In this document: piece by piece, positions 60,671-64,000 of the stretch
Position numbering within the stretch: position 1 is the stretch's first letter
Layout of the letters: each line of letters opens with the position of its first letter
Assembly: GCA_964016885.1 (NCBI GenBank)
Contig: OZ024740.1
Coordinates: 41,912,001-41,976,000 of the forward strand
DNA from: Eledone cirrhosa
Lineage: Eukaryota
Length of the DNA: 64,000 bases
Direction of reading: 5' to 3'
Position numbers and translations under genes: made by a program
Notes under the pieces: model-generated
What the model was told of the DNA's origin: nothing
Databases searched by the model: none
Seen by the model: only the letters and a program-made list of their open reading frames with translations

Positions 60671-61009
60671 GTCTTATGGTAGCTAAGATGCTTCCATAGG
60701 CGGTATGCCGGTTGAGCACTCTATGCTCTTACAGAGCAGAGTATGATAGAATAGAAAACGAAAAATCAGTGATGCATCTGAACTCAATTTATTGTGTGTT
60801 ACAATTGTTTCCTCGACGGACAGCTCCAGACGCAATCATTGTGTGGATCTGTCTGATTCTGGACCTGCAGGTTCGACGGTCACGTCTGCGTGTCCAGAAT
60901 CAGATAGATCCACACAATGATCGGGTCTCGAGCTGTCCGTCGCCGAAACAATTGTAACACACAATAAATTGAGTTCAGATGCATCACTGATTTTTCGTTT
61001 TCTATTCTA
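60671..61009. mobile_element. Family M relative, fold-back truncated within HHR stem II
   Basis: Arms at about 60746-60870 and 60886-61009. GAAA-CAATTG-TA-ACACAC is present but CTGANGA is absent. It shares the GCGGTA..TTGAGCACTC.ATGCTCT end with 59982-60010. Confidence 0.8.
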
Positions 61010-61233
61010 ATCTCTCTCCCCCCTCTCCCCCTCTCTCTCATGGATGTTTCGGCGCGTGACCCGTAGTAAACACCTGACGAAGGGAAACTGTCCATCTCAT
61101 GTTTGTGTCGCCTTACCTACTAACCCTCGTTATCAGTAACCACACAGCCTCGCCTCCCTCAATCCATATTACTTTTGAAGACGCACATATATAAATTATG
61201 AAGGCCAATTACTACAACGGATCCTTACCAGGA

Positions 61234-61315
<82 letters not shown>

Positions 61316-61333
61316 TATATATATATATATATA

Positions 61334-61396
<63 letters not shown>

Positions 61397-62544
61397 TGAG
61401 TGCGTGTGTATTGCAAAAATGTTAAGATATGCACACATTCTCACACACTAATTTAATTTCCTGTGTGAGTGAGTGTGCGTCTTTATGTGTCTAAGTGTGT
61501 GTGCGTGCATGTATACGGATTTGTGTTTGTGTTCATGTATAAACGGCGGACGACGTCCGATGCCAATCGAGACACGAATTACATTGCTGACTATTAATAA
61601 ATGATGTACTACGTTAGATGTAAAGAAAATTTATCATTGCTAAGACTATTTCTTGTCACGAGCCAACGTGTTTGTACGACATGCTAGAAATAGCAATGAC
61701 ATCTCTATCTTAAACGAAGACGCACATATTGAAAAATGAAGTCCATGATTTGCAAACATATGTAATGTTTATGGCTTGAACGTCATTGTCGATATATCTG
61801 CTGACTAGGGGGTAAGGATGCACAAAAGCTTTCTTGTAGCCATGTAGATAGTACATGATTTGTTTATCTGAACTTTACCTTGACCTAAAAATTTACATTC
61901 CATCTATCATTGATATTAATTCAATTTTAGAATTATTTTATATATTGTGACTTCTATCTAGTATTTTATTAAGAGAAGTATATATCAACTACAAGTTAAA
62001 TTTGCTCAGAAAATTTTAAAATAAATGTATTAAAAATATAATTACCAATAAACTCATAAAATATGGAGTAGTTAAAAAGCCAAGTGCTTTGAAAATGGCA
62101 CTTTCCTTGTGAACACTTTTATCTTTCCTAAAATGAGAACACACATCGTCTTCCATCATGGAGGAATCTCAACGGTCTTTGTATCTTATTAATGTTGTTA
62201 CAATATATCAGTGGAACATTTCACGGCGTTTTTCACTGATATCATTTAAGTTTTCTCGGTAACCTTGGTTTCTTGTCTATATTTTTCCAATATCTTGGTG
62301 AAACATTTCGCTGTGTTTCACCTAAGTTTTCACGAAAACTCAAAATGGGAATTCAAGAAATGCATTTAATAAACATGTAGCAGTCCATGTTTTAATAACT
62401 TCTAATAAAAGTTGCCACCAGTTTCCTCTAGTTAATCGATCACTATCAACGAACCGTATCGCAATTTGGAACAAATTTCCTATAATGCATAAACTACATC
62501 GCAAACAGCAGCAAATAATTCATACTCAACGAGCTACATCAATA

Positions 62545-63120
62545 ACTGCAGCAGAGAACCTCCCACAACCAACAAATTACGTCACAAACTGCAGAGAACC
62601 TCCTACAACCATCAAATTACGTCACAAACTGCAGAGAACCTCCTACAACCAACAAATTACGTCACAAACTGAAGCAGAGAACCTCCTACAACCAACAAAT
62701 TACGTCACAAACTGAGCGAATCTCCTACAACCAACAAACTCACTACCTTACTCACCACCATAGGCGCTGAGCTGGCCAGCCGCAGGTGTGAGCCTCACGA
62801 ATTGGAGTGGCTTTTCTAGCGCGTCTCCCTTGCTGTCCTCCGAGAAAACGCCTTCTCCATTCTGTCTGCCGGGGTTGTGGGTGGGCCCCATCGCGTATCA
62901 GGCCGATAAATAAAGTACCAATCCGACATTGGTGTCGATTTACAAACAAATTACGTCACAAACTGCAGAGAACCTCCTGCAACCAATGAATTACGTCATA
63001 AGCCGTAGAGAACCTCCTGAAACCAATGAATGACGTCACTAACTTCAGCGAATCTCCTACTCCTACAAGGAACAAACTACATCACGGACTGTAGCAAATA
63101 CCTCACAATCAGCGAACTAC
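62545..63120 (+). repeat. 40-bp minisatellite interrupted by a CRE 3' fragment
   Basis: Units of CTGCAGAGAACCTCCTACAACCAACAAATTACGTCACAAA lie on both sides of 62740-62940. Confidence 0.85.
62740..62895 (+). mobile_element. CRE-clade 3' fragment
   Basis: LLTTIGAELASRRCEPHELEWLF*RVSLAVLRENAFSILSAG. Confidence 0.8.
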
Positions 63121-63129
63121 ACAATAAAC

Positions 63130-63185
63130 CAGGCATGTGTAACATGCGGCCCCTTTACAAGCACACCTGCGGCCCGCACTAGGTT
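63130..63185 (+). mobile_element. Possible hAT/Charlie-like terminal sequence
   Basis: CAGGCATGTGTAACATGCGGCCC..TGCGGCCCGC resembles Charlie-type termini. The partner end was not found. Confidence 0.35.
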
Positions 63186-63498
63186 TTTACAGTGCGAGCA
63201 TGCTTTATCTCCTTATAATATATAACCAGCAATTTCTCTGGCTGTCTGTCCGACAGTGGAAACACGTGCGCGCGTGGTTGCTATCTCTCTCTCTCTCCAG
63301 CTATCCCTCTCTTTTAGTCTGTCTGTTTCTCTCACTCTCACTCTTTCTCTTTGTAACACACTAACATTCCTCCCCTCTATCGCTGTGACGAATGGGGAGA
63401 TGGAGGAGGAGGAGGAGGAGGAGGAGAGAGTCACTTCGTCACTTCACCTCTGCCTTTCTTTCTCTCCCCTCTCACTCCCTCATTACGTACAGACATTA

Positions 63499-63690
63499 GG
63501 GCGGTGGATTGGCAGAATCTGTAGAGAGTCGGACACCATGCTTCATAGCATGGAGTGACGTCCCTTTACGGTCTGAGTTCAAATACCGCCGAGGGTAACT
63601 TTGCCTTTCATCCTCACGGGGTCGATAAAATAAAGTATCAGTAATGTACTGGGTAATTGCTGGCCTTGTGCCAAAAGTAGAAACAATTAT
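63499..63690 (+). mobile_element. SINE family 1
   Basis: Full consensus match. ACATTAG precedes it and ATTAG follows it. Confidence 0.85.
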
Positions 63691-63836
63691 TAGAAACATT
63701 GCTTCATTTTTACATATCTAAGCATTAGTAAAATAACTAATAATTTCAAAAGTAATTTTTCAATTCCAATTGTTATGAACAGCAAAACATTAATAATAAT
63801 TTTGTTCTAAGAAATATATATACATTTCTGTGTGTG

Positions 63837-63893
<57 letters not shown>

Positions 63894-63919
63894 GAAATAT
63901 ATATACATTTCTGTGTGTG

Positions 63920-63958
<39 letters not shown>

Positions 63959-64000
63959 GAAATATATGGGCATTTCGCTGTTTGTCTGTCGGTCTGTCTG

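Overview
This is AT-rich, microsatellite-saturated animal genomic DNA. The SINE families resemble those of octopod cephalopods, which is an inference from remembered consensus motifs, not a search. No intact host gene can be supported, and nearly all long ORFs in the track are (TA)n/(CA)n artefacts. The window holds decayed mobile DNA: a Helitron 3' end (Pif1 helicase, hairpin, CTAG), RTE LINE remnants, CRE-, R4- and HERO-type RLE fragments, three tRNA-derived SINE families, two Penelope-like elements (one Neptune-like, one Naiad-like) and several minisatellites. The most notable signal is non-coding. At least eight sequence-distinct type I hammerhead ribozyme (HHR) loci can be folded by eye, and there are several partial ones. 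They sit in short modules embedded in (TA)n tracts. Some modules are retrozyme-like monomers with terminal redundancy (339 and 556 nt). Others are head-to-head fold-back palindromes whose turn-point or end often lies at the ribozyme. A decayed Naiad-like GIY-YIG fragment also has TGA at two putative Cys positions, a possible selenocysteine relic. Coordinates and pairings were read by eye and are approximate.
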